From Candidatus Methylomirabilia bacterium (lineage in GTDB: Bacteria > Methylomirabilota > Methylomirabilia > Rokubacteriales > CSP1-6): a stretch of 31,663 nucleotides of DNA. The first letter of the stretch is position 1, and each line of letters opens with the position of its first letter. The stretch is from contig JBHIBG010000026.1 in the NCBI GenBank assembly GCA_046758965.1, forward strand, positions 1 through 31,663, read 5' to 3'. The notes beneath the pieces were generated by a model. The model searched no databases. It was not told where the DNA came from and was given only the letters and a program-made list of their open reading frames with translations. Position numbers and translations under genes: made by a program. Positions 11,091 through 19,920 of the stretch are shown in pieces.

Positions 11091-12112
11091 GCAACACGGG
11101 AGTGACCGAGGTGCCGAAGAAATATACGAAGAAGGATTTTGAGTCCGACCAGGATGTCCGCTGGTGCCCCGGCTGCGGGGATTACGCGGTTCTCAGCGCG
11201 GTCCAGAAGATGATGCCGGATCTGGGGGTCCCGCGGGAAGAGATCGTGTTCATTTCGGGGATCGGTTGCTCCAGCCGGTTTCCCTACTACGTGAACACGT
11301 ACGGCTTCCACACCATCCACGGGCGCGCGGCGGCCATCGCCACCGGCCTCCGGGTGGCCCGGCCAGATCTGAAGGTGTTCGTGGTGACCGGTGACGGCGA
11401 TGGGCTGTCGATCGGCGGCAACCACCTGCTCCACGTTCTGCGCCGGAACGTGAACCTGACCATTCTCCTGCTCAACAACAAAGTCTACGGTCTCACGAAA
11501 GGGCAGTACTCGCCCACCAGCGAGCTCGGAACGATCAATAGGTCCACGCCGGCCGGGTCTGCGGACCGTCCGGTCAGCCCGTGCGAGTTCGCGCTCGGGT
11601 CAGGGGCGACGTTCGTCGCCCGCACGGTAGACCGCAACGTGGCCCACATGGAGGAGACGTTCAGGCAGGCGGCGCGGCACCAGGGTGCGGCGTTCGTCGA
11701 GATTCTGCAGAACTGTAACGTCTACAACGACCTCGCCTGGAACGTTCTCTACGACCGCGAGTCGAGGGTCCTGTATGAGCTTCGGCTCGAGCACGGGCAA
11801 CCGCTTCTGTTCGGCCCAGCTGACGACCGTCGCGGGCTTGTGCTCGACGGTTCGAAGCCCCGCGTGGTGCGGGCGAACGATCTTCCGGAGAGCGCGCTCT
11901 GGGTTCACGACGAGTCCGACCCCTGGAAGGCTCATGTGCTGGCCCAGCTTTCCGACCCGGACTTCCCGATCCCGGTCGGGGTTCTGGTGGCGGTCGCGGC
12001 CCCTGTCTATGAGCAGACCCTGGTCGAGCAGGAGCAGAGTGCCATCTCGACCCAGGGTCCCGGGGATCTCAAGAAGCTGCTGGTTTCCGGGGACACCTGG
12101 AAAATCGGGTAA
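11087..12112 (+). CDS. korB: 2-oxoacid:ferredoxin oxidoreductase beta subunit (TPP-binding)
   Basis: WCPGCGDY, SGIGCSSRFPYY, TPP motif GDGD...IGGNH...NN, YGLTKGQYSPTS. ATGA overlap with the alpha subunit. Confidence 0.95.
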   Translation: MSNTGVTEVPKKYTKKDFESDQDVRWCPGCGDYAVLSAVQKMMPDLGVPREEIVFISGIGCSSRFPYYVNTYGFHTIHGRAAAIATGLRVARPDLKVFVVTGDGDGLSIGGNHLLHVLRRNVNLTILLLNNKVYGLTKGQYSPTSELGTINRSTPAGSADRPVSPCEFALGSGATFVARTVDRNVAHMEETFRQAARHQGAAFVEILQNCNVYNDLAWNVLYDRESRVLYELRLEHGQPLLFGPADDRRGLVLDGSKPRVVRANDLPESALWVHDESDPWKAHVLAQLSDPDFPIPVGVLVAVAAPVYEQTLVEQEQSAISTQGPGDLKKLLVSGDTWKIG

Positions 12113-12120
12113 TACACCAG

Positions 12121-12247
12121 GAGGGGGGCAACAGCGCCGCCCTCCCGCCCGCGAAGCAACCTCGCCCGCGAGGTTGCGGAGAGCGCGAGCCGGAGGCGAG
12201 CGTCCCTCCCCCCTTTTGGGATTGCGCGGGCCAAGCCCGCGCCCGAA
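12121..12247 (+). repeat. REP-like palindromic intergenic element, copy 1
   Basis: Core hairpin TTGCGCGGGCCAAGCCCGCGCCCGAA at 12222-12247, preceded by a G-run/C-run arm and an internal cassette at 12150-12201. Confidence 0.8.
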
Positions 12248-12295
12248 CGCATGCGCCGATCCTGCGAGGGTCGGTGACTTTGTCTTGAGGAACGG

Positions 12296-13744
12296 ATGCC
12301 CCTTGCGCCGCGTTTGCTGAAGGAACTGGAACGGATAGTGGGTCTCGGGGGCCTTGTGGCGACCCCGGAAGGCCGCCTCACTTACGAGTGCGACATGCAC
12401 ACCTTCTACAAGGGCCCGCCCGACGTCGTGGCCCTTCCCACCTCGACCGAGCAGGTTGCAGCCGTGGTCCGCCTCTGTCTCGGGGAGAGGGTTCCGGTGG
12501 TCCCACGGGGATCCGGAACCGGCGTCATCGGTGGGGCTATCGCGCTCCGCGGCGGGGTGATGATCTCCACCACCCGAATGACCCGGATCCTGGAAGTTGA
12601 TCTCCCGAACCGCTGCGCGACCGTCGAGCCGGGATTGATCAACCTCTGGCTGACGAACGCGGTCAAGTCGCGCGGGTACTTCTTTGCTCCGGATCCCTCC
12701 AGCCAGATGGTCTCCTCCATCGGCGGCAACTGCTCCACCAACGCGGGCGGTCCTCACTGCCTCAAGTACGGCATCACCGTCAACCACGTGCTGGGCGTCG
12801 AGGTCGTGACCGGGGCAGGAGAGGTCGTCTGGTTGGGGAGTAAGGTCCGCGAGCGCGCCGGCTATGACCTCACCGGCGTCGTCGTCGGCTCCGAGGGGAC
12901 TCTGGGCGTGGTGACCGCGGCGAGGGTGAGGCTCCTCCACCTCCCGGAGGCTGTGAAGACCGCGCTGGCGGTTTTTTCCAGCATCGAGGAGGCCTCGGAG
13001 GCGGTCTCGGAGATCATCGCCGCCGGGATCATCCCGGCTGCCCTGGAGGTCATGGATGAGCCGGTGATCAGGGCCGTCGAGGAGGGGATCGGAGCCGGAT
13101 ACCCCAAGGGAGCCGGGGCGGTTCTCCTCATCGAGTTGGACGGCCCCCGGGCCGAGGTCGAAGCTCAGGCCGAGACCGTTGCCGAGATCTCCAGGCAGCG
13201 TCTGGCCCTCGAGATCAGGGTCGCCCGGGATGAGGCGGAGCGGGCGCTGCTCTGGAAGGGTCGGAAGGAGGCCGCCGGGGCCATCGGCAGGCTGACCCGC
13301 AACTGGCTTCTCCAGGATGCCGTTGTGCCGCGGTCCAAGCTCCCCGAGATCATGCGTGAGATGACAGCCATCGCCTCTCGCCACCGGATCCTGATCGCCA
13401 ACGTCTTCCACGCGGGCGACGGGAACCTCCACCCCCTGATCTGCTATGACGAGGAGAGGCCCGGCGAGCTGGAGCGCGCGATCCAGGCCAATGAGGAGCT
13501 GCTCCGGGCCTGTATCGCCATGGGTGGGAGCGTAACAGGTGAGCACGGGGTCGGAGTGGACAAGCCGAAAAACCTCCTCCTTCAGTACGCCGAACCGGAC
13601 CTGGCGTTCATGGCCCGACTCCGGGGGATTTTCGACCCTCAGGGGATCATGAACCCCGGCAAGCTCCTGCCATCGCCCTCTACCTGCGGTGAGGTTTCGA
13701 GGCCGGTCCGAGGGGAGTCCCTCCCCGGCGGAGCCTGGCTGTAG
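12296..13744 (+). CDS. glcD: Glycolate oxidase-type FAD subunit (FAD-linked 2-hydroxyacid dehydrogenase)
   Basis: VPRGSGTG, APDPSSQ..SSIGGN..TNAGGPHCLKYG, GSEGTLG, FHAGDGNLHPLI, GEHGVG, MNPGK. Confidence 0.92.
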   Translation: MPLAPRLLKELERIVGLGGLVATPEGRLTYECDMHTFYKGPPDVVALPTSTEQVAAVVRLCLGERVPVVPRGSGTGVIGGAIALRGGVMISTTRMTRILEVDLPNRCATVEPGLINLWLTNAVKSRGYFFAPDPSSQMVSSIGGNCSTNAGGPHCLKYGITVNHVLGVEVVTGAGEVVWLGSKVRERAGYDLTGVVVGSEGTLGVVTAARVRLLHLPEAVKTALAVFSSIEEASEAVSEIIAAGIIPAALEVMDEPVIRAVEEGIGAGYPKGAGAVLLIELDGPRAEVEAQAETVAEISRQRLALEIRVARDEAERALLWKGRKEAAGAIGRLTRNWLLQDAVVPRSKLPEIMREMTAIASRHRILIANVFHAGDGNLHPLICYDEERPGELERAIQANEELLRACIAMGGSVTGEHGVGVDKPKNLLLQYAEPDLAFMARLRGIFDPQGIMNPGKLLPSPSTCGEVSRPVRGESLPGGAWL

Positions 13745-13745
13745 C

Positions 13746-15065
13746 GTGGCTGTCTCGGCGCCTGCCCTCGGTGAGGCCCTGGCGGGCATCGTGAGCCCAA
13801 GGCGTCTGATCAGCGATCCTCCGGCGCTTTTCACCCACGCGGTGGAGGGAACGCCGCCGAGATGGGTGGCGTACCCGGAGCGCATAGAGGAGGTTGGCGC
13901 CTTGCTCTCGCTCGCCTTCGAGGAGCGGCTCGCGGTCATCCCCCGCGGCACCGGAGAGCGGATGGGGCTCGGGAACCTCCCTGCCCGCGTAGACCTGGTG
14001 GTGGACTGCTCCCGCCTCTCCGCTGTGGTTGACTATCAGCGCGACGATTTGACGGTCACCGTGCAGGCGGGGATGACGCTGAACGCCCTCGCGGCTCGGC
14101 TGGCTGCCCGGAACCAGTTTCTTCCGCTCGATCCCCCGGGAGGGAGGTCTCGCACCGTGGGTGGCTTGATGGCCACGGGCGACGCCGGCCCGCTCCGCTT
14201 CCGCTACGGGACCGCCCGCGATTTGTTGCTCGGGGCGCGCTTTGTTCAAGCCAACGGCACCATCACCTGGGGCGGAGCCAAGGTCGTGAAAAGCGTCAGC
14301 GGCTACGACGTCCCGAAACTGCTGGTCGGCTCACTGGGAAGCCTGGGGATCCTGGCCGAGCTCACGCTCCGCCTCCACCCTCTCCCGGAGCGGGAGGGGC
14401 AGTGGCTGGTCGGCTTCCCGTCAGTGGGGCAGGCCAAGGAATTCCTCGCCTCGATCCTGGACTCGTTTCTCCAGCCGAGCCGCGTCGAGCTGCTCAATGG
14501 GGGGGCGCTCAGCGTGCTGGAGGCTCCGCCCTCACCGGCTTCGGTGGCAGTGACCGTGGGGAGCATCGCGGAGGCGGTTCGCTCCCAGGGTGAAGCTTTG
14601 CTCGGCTTCGCGGCGCGATGTGGGGGACACGCGCGTGCCTTGCCGGCAGGGGAGTTCTGGCACCGACTCGGCCAGGTGCTTGACCCCGCCGGCGGAGTGC
14701 TCCTGAAAGTGGTGACGCTTCCGGCGCTGACGCTCGAACGGCTCTCCGCCATCGATGAGCTGGCCCGCAGCCACGCGCTCAACGCTCTGGTGGTGGCCGA
14801 GGCAGGGGACGGCGTGCTTCACGTGCGTCTGTCGGGAAGGCTCTCCCCCGAGGAGTGGGAACGCTCCGTCATTCTCCCACTCCGGGCCACCGTAGCTCCT
14901 GAGGACGGAAGCGTGGTGGTCGAGGCCGCGCCTCGAGCCCTCAAGGAGCGCCTCGATGTCTGGGGCCCGATCGACCCCGCCGCCCTCGCCATCATGAAGC
15001 GACTGAAGGCTGAGTTTGACTCCCGCGGGATTCTCAACCCGGGCCGCTTCGTTGACCGCATCTAA
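13746..15065 (+). CDS. glcE: Glycolate oxidase FAD-binding subunit
   Basis: DLTVTVQAG, LPLDPP, GPLRFRYGTARDLLLG, GAKVVKSVSGYDVPKLLVGSLGSLG, FD..GILNPGRF. GTG 1 nt after the glcD stop. Confidence 0.9.
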   Translation: MAVSAPALGEALAGIVSPRRLISDPPALFTHAVEGTPPRWVAYPERIEEVGALLSLAFEERLAVIPRGTGERMGLGNLPARVDLVVDCSRLSAVVDYQRDDLTVTVQAGMTLNALAARLAARNQFLPLDPPGGRSRTVGGLMATGDAGPLRFRYGTARDLLLGARFVQANGTITWGGAKVVKSVSGYDVPKLLVGSLGSLGILAELTLRLHPLPEREGQWLVGFPSVGQAKEFLASILDSFLQPSRVELLNGGALSVLEAPPSPASVAVTVGSIAEAVRSQGEALLGFAARCGGHARALPAGEFWHRLGQVLDPAGGVLLKVVTLPALTLERLSAIDELARSHALNALVVAEAGDGVLHVRLSGRLSPEEWERSVILPLRATVAPEDGSVVVEAAPRALKERLDVWGPIDPAALAIMKRLKAEFDSRGILNPGRFVDRI

Positions 15066-15068
15066 GCT

Positions 15069-15196
15069 CGGAGGGGGGCGCCGCCCCCCTCCGCTCGCCT
15101 GCGGCTCGCGCTCTCGAGAGCCTCGCGGGCGGGAGGCTGCTTCGCGCGCCGAACCTCCCCCAGGTTTCGGTTGCGCGGGCAAAGCCCGCGCTCGAA
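15069..15196 (+). repeat. REP-like palindromic intergenic element, copy 2
   Basis: CGGAGGGGG...CCCCCTCCG hairpin, inverted internal cassette at 15093-15146, then core TTGCGCGGGCAAAGCCCGCGCTCGAA at 15171-15196. Confidence 0.82.
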
Positions 15197-15270
15197 ACGC
15201 TCGACCTTCGTACGCCGCGCTCGTCCGACGCCGAGGCGCACGAGGGGAAGTAGACTCAGAGAGTTGACCC

Positions 15271-16587
15271 GTGTGGGACTTCAGGGCCGTGCCGACAACC
15301 CAAGTGGAGAACGCAGCGAGTTCGTCCGCACTCGGGGCGTTTGACCTGCAGGATCCCGTGGATCTGGACGGGATCCGAGCGTGCGTGCATTGCGGGATCT
15401 GTCTTCCCCAGTGCCCGACCTACCGGGTGTTTGGCGAGGAGATGGACTCCCCCCGGGGTCGGGTCTACTTGATGCGGGCTGCCGCCGAGGGCCGCGTCGC
15501 GATGACGGAGACCTTCACCCGGCATCTGGATCTCTGTCTAGGCTGCCGGGCTTGCGAGAGTGCGTGCCCCTCGGGAGTCCCCTTCGGACGACTTCTGGAA
15601 CAGACCAGGGGGCAGATCCAGCGACATGGACGTCGCGCCCTGAGTCAGAGGGTTCTCGCCTGGCTGGCGCTGGGCCTCTTCCCGTATCCCGCCCGGCTGG
15701 GACCCACCCTGGGCGCCCTCACCCTGTACCGGCGGTCAGGTCTCCAGCGTCTGGTGCGGGCCACCGGGCTCCTGCAGCGTCTCCCCGCCCTCGACAGCAT
15801 GGAGCGGCTGCTTCCCGAGCCCCCGGCCGGGTCTCATCCTGAGCTTCCTGAGCTGATTCCAGCCAGAGGCCCGAGGCGAGCACGCGCCGGCCTGTTGCTC
15901 GGCTGTGTGCAGCGGGCTCTCATGCCCCGCGTCAACGAGCTGACTGCCCGGCTCCTTTCGATCGCGGGTTACGAGGTGCTGACCCCCCGAGGGCAGGGGT
16001 GCTGCGGCGCGCTGCACCTGCACGCCGGCCGGCTCGGCGAGGCGCGGCGGCTGGCTACTGGAATGCTCGCGGCCTTCGACCAGAAGGTCGACGTGGTGGT
16101 GACGAACGCGGCTGGATGTGGCACGGCGATGCGCGAGTACGGCCACTGGCTTTGCGACGATCCCCGGGCAGGGCCGTTCTCACGAGCGGTGCGGGATGTC
16201 TCGGAGGTGCTCGTTGATGCCGGGCTCCCGCTTCAGCAGCTCGAGGTGACCGCCGCCTATCACGATCCCTGCCACCTGATCCATGGCCAGCGCATCCACG
16301 CTCAGCCCCGGGCCCTCCTCAAGACGATTCCGGGGCTGACGCTGGTGGAGCTTCCGGAGAGCGATCTCTGCTGCGGGAGCGCCGGGATCTATAACATCTT
16401 GGAGCCGAAGATGGCAGACCAGCTTCTGGAGCTGAAGGTCAGGCGCATCGCTGACAGCGGAGCGCGGATCGTCGTGACCGGAAACCCGGGCTGTCTGCTC
16501 CAGATCGCCAAAGGCTGCCGAGAGCGTGGGCTCGGGGTGGAGCTCCTCCATCCTGTGGAGCTCCTGGGCCGCGCGCTCGCTCCGTGA
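15271..16587 (+). CDS. glcF: Glycolate oxidase iron-sulfur subunit
   Basis: Two CxxCxxCxxxCP motifs (CVHCGICLPQCP, CLGCRACESACP), DSPRGR, and two CCG domains (CCGALH, YHDPCHL...CCGSAGIYN, NPGC). The exact start is uncertain. Confidence 0.92.
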   Translation: MWDFRAVPTTQVENAASSSALGAFDLQDPVDLDGIRACVHCGICLPQCPTYRVFGEEMDSPRGRVYLMRAAAEGRVAMTETFTRHLDLCLGCRACESACPSGVPFGRLLEQTRGQIQRHGRRALSQRVLAWLALGLFPYPARLGPTLGALTLYRRSGLQRLVRATGLLQRLPALDSMERLLPEPPAGSHPELPELIPARGPRRARAGLLLGCVQRALMPRVNELTARLLSIAGYEVLTPRGQGCCGALHLHAGRLGEARRLATGMLAAFDQKVDVVVTNAAGCGTAMREYGHWLCDDPRAGPFSRAVRDVSEVLVDAGLPLQQLEVTAAYHDPCHLIHGQRIHAQPRALLKTIPGLTLVELPESDLCCGSAGIYNILEPKMADQLLELKVRRIADSGARIVVTGNPGCLLQIAKGCRERGLGVELLHPVELLGRALAP

Positions 16588-16671
16588 GGAGACAGAGCCC
16601 CTTCGAGACCCCTTCCGCCGGATCGCCGGCCGGACGGCGCGCGGCGATCCGCACAGCGAAGAGAGCAAGCG

Positions 16672-16860
16672 ATGGCCGACCTCGATAAGATATACTACGT
16701 CGTCGAGGGTACGGGTCGCCTCACCGTGGGAGGAGCGACTGAGACGCTGGGGCCGGGAGAGCTCCTCGTCGCTCCCGCGGGCGTGGAGCACGGGCTCGAC
16801 AATGGGGGGCCTGATCCCCTGCTGGTCCTGGTGGTCGTGGCACCGCCCCCGGCCCATTGA
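16672..16860 (+). pseudogene. Cupin-domain fragment (N-terminally truncated)
   Basis: DKIYYVVEGTG...LGPGELLVAPAGVEHGLDN is the tail of cupin motif 1 plus motif 2. The N-terminal H-x-H part is absent and the ORF is only 62 aa. Confidence 0.65.
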
Positions 16861-16869
16861 GAGTATCCA

Positions 16870-16933
16870 GGGGGACTCCGTTCCCCGTCGAGACTTCCCC
16901 TTGAGGGTTGCGCGGGCCAAGCCCGCGCTCGAA
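16870..16933 (+). repeat. REP-like element, copy 3 (no internal cassette)
   Basis: GGGGGACTCCGTTCCCC arm, C-run, then core TTGCGCGGGCCAAGCCCGCGCTCGAA at 16908-16933. Confidence 0.8.
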
Positions 16934-16954
16934 CCGAGAACGACGGGAGCTTCG

Positions 16955-17692
16955 GTGAATCCGATCCGCGCGTCGATCTTCGTCACGTGTCTGGTTGACA
17001 CGTTCTACCCGGACGTTGGGGTGGCGATGGTGCGCCTGCTCAAACGGCTTGGCGTGGCCGTGGACTTTCCCGCCAACCAGACCTGCTGCGGGTTGCCGCT
17101 CTTCAACTCCGGCTATCGCGGGGAGGCTGCCCGCGTTGCCCGCAGGACCGTCCCGCTCTTTGCCGGTTCCGACCACGTGGTGGTACCCTCGGGCTCCTGC
17201 GCCTGGATGGTCAAGAAGGAGTACCCCGGGCTGCTGACAGATGACCCGGCCCTCAAGGCTCAGGCCCAGGCGCTGGCAGGCCGGACCTATGAGTTCTCCC
17301 AGTTCCTGGTTCAGGTCCTCGGTGCCCCCGCCATCCCGACCGACTTTCGCGGGAAGGTCACCTATCACGACTCCTGTCACCTGCTGCGAGGCCTGGGGGA
17401 GTCCCGCTCGGCCCGGCAGCTCCTCATGCGCCTCCCTGGCGTGGAGCTGGTGGAGCTGCCGGGAGCGGATCAGTGCTGCGGGTTCGGCGGGAGCTTGTCG
17501 GTCCGGCTCCCCGATGTTTCGGCGTCGATCCTGAGGCAGAAGGTTCAGAACGTGGAGGCGACCGGCGCGGGCCGCCTGGCGGCCTGTGATGCGGGATGTC
17601 TCATGCAGATGGGCGGCGCTCTCTCCCGCGCGGGTTCTCGAGTCAGAGCCGTCCACCTGGCGGAGATTCTTGCCGGGGGTGATTCCCGGTGA
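16955..17692 (+). CDS. lutA: Lactate utilization protein A (LutA/LldE/YkgE; CCG-domain Fe-S protein)
   Basis: SIFVTCLVDTFYP, QTCCGLP.FNSG, PSGSCA, TYHDSCHLLR, CCGFGG, DAGCLM. GTG 16955 follows GGGAG. Confidence 0.92.
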   Translation: MNPIRASIFVTCLVDTFYPDVGVAMVRLLKRLGVAVDFPANQTCCGLPLFNSGYRGEAARVARRTVPLFAGSDHVVVPSGSCAWMVKKEYPGLLTDDPALKAQAQALAGRTYEFSQFLVQVLGAPAIPTDFRGKVTYHDSCHLLRGLGESRSARQLLMRLPGVELVELPGADQCCGFGGSLSVRLPDVSASILRQKVQNVEATGAGRLAACDAGCLMQMGGALSRAGSRVRAVHLAEILAGGDSR

Positions 17693-17774
17693 GCGAGCGA
17701 TCGGCCCAGGTCGCGTTGGCAAGGCACCCGATGGAGCTGCCGGGAGCGATTCCGGCGGAGGCGGGAGGGGAGAG

Positions 17775-19184
17775 ATGAGCGGGGCCAAGATGGACTTTGC
17801 GGACCGGGCCCACCGCGCCCTCAATGATCGGCCCCTTCAGGAGGCGCTCGACATCGCCACAACCCGCTTTATGGTCCTGAGGCGCGAATCCTTCGAGCTC
17901 TTTCCTGAGGGGGAAACCTTGAGGGAGCGGGCCCGCCAGATCAAGGAGGCGACTCTCCAGCGGCTCGATCTCTACCTCGAGCAGCTCGCCGACAACATCG
18001 AGCGGACGGGCGGGCAGGTTCACTGGGCCGCGACCCGGGACGAGGCGCGGGAGATCATCCTCAAGCTGGCGCGGGAGCGTGGGGCCAGGCTCGTGGTCAA
18101 GTCCAAGTCCATGGCCACCGAGGAGATCGAGCTGAACGAGGCCCTGGAGCACGCCGGGATCACGCCGGTGGAGACAGATCTCGGTGAGTACATCATCCAG
18201 CTGGCCCGCGAGAAGCCCTCCCATATCATCGCTCCCGCCATCCACAAGACCAAGGGGCAGGTGGCGGAGCTATTCTCGCGAGAGGTCAAGCGCCAGCTCG
18301 CCGCCGATCCCGAAGTGCTGACCAAGGTGGCCCGAGGCGAGCTCAGGGAGAAGTTCCTCAGGGCTGACATGGGGATCACCGGGGCCAACTTCGCCGTCGC
18401 CGACACGGGGACCATCGTCCTGATCACCAACGAGGGGAATGGGCGCCTGGTCACCACGTTGCCCAGGATCCACGTCGCCCTCATGGGGATCGAGAAGGTG
18501 ATCCCGTCCCTCACTGATCTGATGGTGTTCCTCTCGATCCTGCCTCGGAGTGCCACCGGGCAGAAGATCTCCAGCTATGTGACGCTCGTCCGCGGCGCGC
18601 GCAGGCCGGGCGAGCTGGACGGGCCGGAGGAGTTCCACCTGGTCCTTCTGGACAGCGGTCGGTCCGGGCAGCTGGCCGGCACGCTCCGTGAAGCGCTCTA
18701 CTGCCTCCGCTGTGGCGCCTGCCTCAACGTCTGCCCGGTCTACCGGCAGATCGGTGGGCACGCCTATGGCCATACCTACTCCGGACCGATCGGGATTCTG
18801 CTGACCGCGATGCTCCACGGCACCCACGCCGTGAAAGAGCTGGCGCACGCCTCTTCCCTCTGCGGTGCCTGCCAGGACGCCTGTCCGGTCAAGATCGACA
18901 TCCCGCGCATGCTCATCGAGCTTCGGGAGCATCTGGACCGCGAGAAGATCGCCCCGTGGGCTGAGCGTCTGCTCTTCAAATCCTTTGCCCGGTTCCTGAC
19001 CCGTCCAGCTCTCTACCGGTTTTCCGCCCGCCTCGCCCGCCTCGTGCAACGGCCGTTCCTCGAGGACGGTCGCCTGAAAAGGCTGCCAGCCCTCTTCAGG
19101 GCGTGGACGGACCACCGCGATCTGCCTCCGGTGGCCGAGCGGTCGTTCACGGAGCGCTGGGCCGAGCTGGAGCGGGAGCGATGA
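17775..19184 (+). CDS. lutB: Lactate utilization protein B (LutB/LldF/YkgF Fe-S subunit)
   Basis: VKSKSMATEEIELN, ETDLGEYIIQL..PSHIIAPAIH, TNEGNG, RSATGQ, CLRCGACLNVCP, SSLCGACQDACPVKIDIP. Confidence 0.95.
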   Translation: MSGAKMDFADRAHRALNDRPLQEALDIATTRFMVLRRESFELFPEGETLRERARQIKEATLQRLDLYLEQLADNIERTGGQVHWAATRDEAREIILKLARERGARLVVKSKSMATEEIELNEALEHAGITPVETDLGEYIIQLAREKPSHIIAPAIHKTKGQVAELFSREVKRQLAADPEVLTKVARGELREKFLRADMGITGANFAVADTGTIVLITNEGNGRLVTTLPRIHVALMGIEKVIPSLTDLMVFLSILPRSATGQKISSYVTLVRGARRPGELDGPEEFHLVLLDSGRSGQLAGTLREALYCLRCGACLNVCPVYRQIGGHAYGHTYSGPIGILLTAMLHGTHAVKELAHASSLCGACQDACPVKIDIPRMLIELREHLDREKIAPWAERLLFKSFARFLTRPALYRFSARLARLVQRPFLEDGRLKRLPALFRAWTDHRDLPPVAERSFTERWAELERER

Positions 19185-19912
19185 CGACCCGGGCCCTGTT
19201 CCTCGAGCGGCTGCGGCGGGAGATGGCCAAGACCCGGGGACTCTTTCCTGCCGGCAGTGCCGAGCGCCCGGCCGATCCCGTCGCCCTGGCGGAAACGATC
19301 CGTCGTCAGCTCGTCGAGCGGTGGCCGGCGGCCCTGGAGAAGTTCAGGGAAGAGTTCGAGCAGGTGAGTGGCCACTTCTACCACGTCTCGGATGTCGAAG
19401 ACGCCCTGGCCACCATCAGCCGGATCGCAAAGGAGCGCGAGGCCCGGCGACTGATCGCCTGGGCCACAGAGCTCCTGGGGCCGAACCTTGAGCCTCGCCT
19501 GAGGGCTCGGGGCTTCGAGGTCATGGAGGAGTCACCAGGCGCGGCGGACTCGGCACAGCAGACCGCGTTCCGGGAGATCAGCGCCCGGGCCGAGCTCGGC
19601 GTGACCGGGGTGGACCTGGCCGTGGCAGAGACCGGGAGCCTCGTGGTGATCTCCGGACCTGGGAAGGCCCGCTCCACTTCACTGCTCCCGCCTTACCATG
19701 TGGCGGTCTTCGGCAGGACGGCGCTGGTGGAGAGCCTGGAGCAGGTGGGGGTGATGCTCGAGGCCATCCACAGAGACCCGGGCCGGGTCATGGTTGGCGC
19801 GGGCATCTCGTTCATTACCGGGCCCAGCCGCACCGCCGACATCGAGCTGACCCTGACCCGCGGCGTTCACGGACCCAAGGAGGTCCATGCCATCTTTGTG
19901 GAGTCGCTGTAG
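19181..19912 (+). CDS. lutC: Lactate utilization protein C (LutC/LldG/YkgG, LUD domain)
   Basis: AVAETGSLV, SLLPPYHVA, FITGPSRTADIELTLTRGVHGP. ATGA overlap with lutB. Confidence 0.93.
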   Translation: MTTRALFLERLRREMAKTRGLFPAGSAERPADPVALAETIRRQLVERWPAALEKFREEFEQVSGHFYHVSDVEDALATISRIAKEREARRLIAWATELLGPNLEPRLRARGFEVMEESPGAADSAQQTAFREISARAELGVTGVDLAVAETGSLVVISGPGKARSTSLLPPYHVAVFGRTALVESLEQVGVMLEAIHRDPGRVMVGAGISFITGPSRTADIELTLTRGVHGPKEVHAIFVESL

Positions 19913-19920
19913 GGGGTGCT

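Noticed and set aside
11600..13951. 783-aa minus-strand ORF
   Set aside because: Antisense to korB and glcD and reads through a repeat; no motifs.
12121..16933. Repeats considered as a CRISPR array or MITEs
   Set aside because: Copies are kilobases apart with no regular spacers, no cas genes and no clear terminal inverted repeats with target duplications. REP-like fits better.
16526..16954. Apparent 143-aa N-terminal extension of LutA
   Set aside because: It crosses the glcF end, the cupin fragment and a REP. LutA homology starts at about 16955, where there is an RBS.
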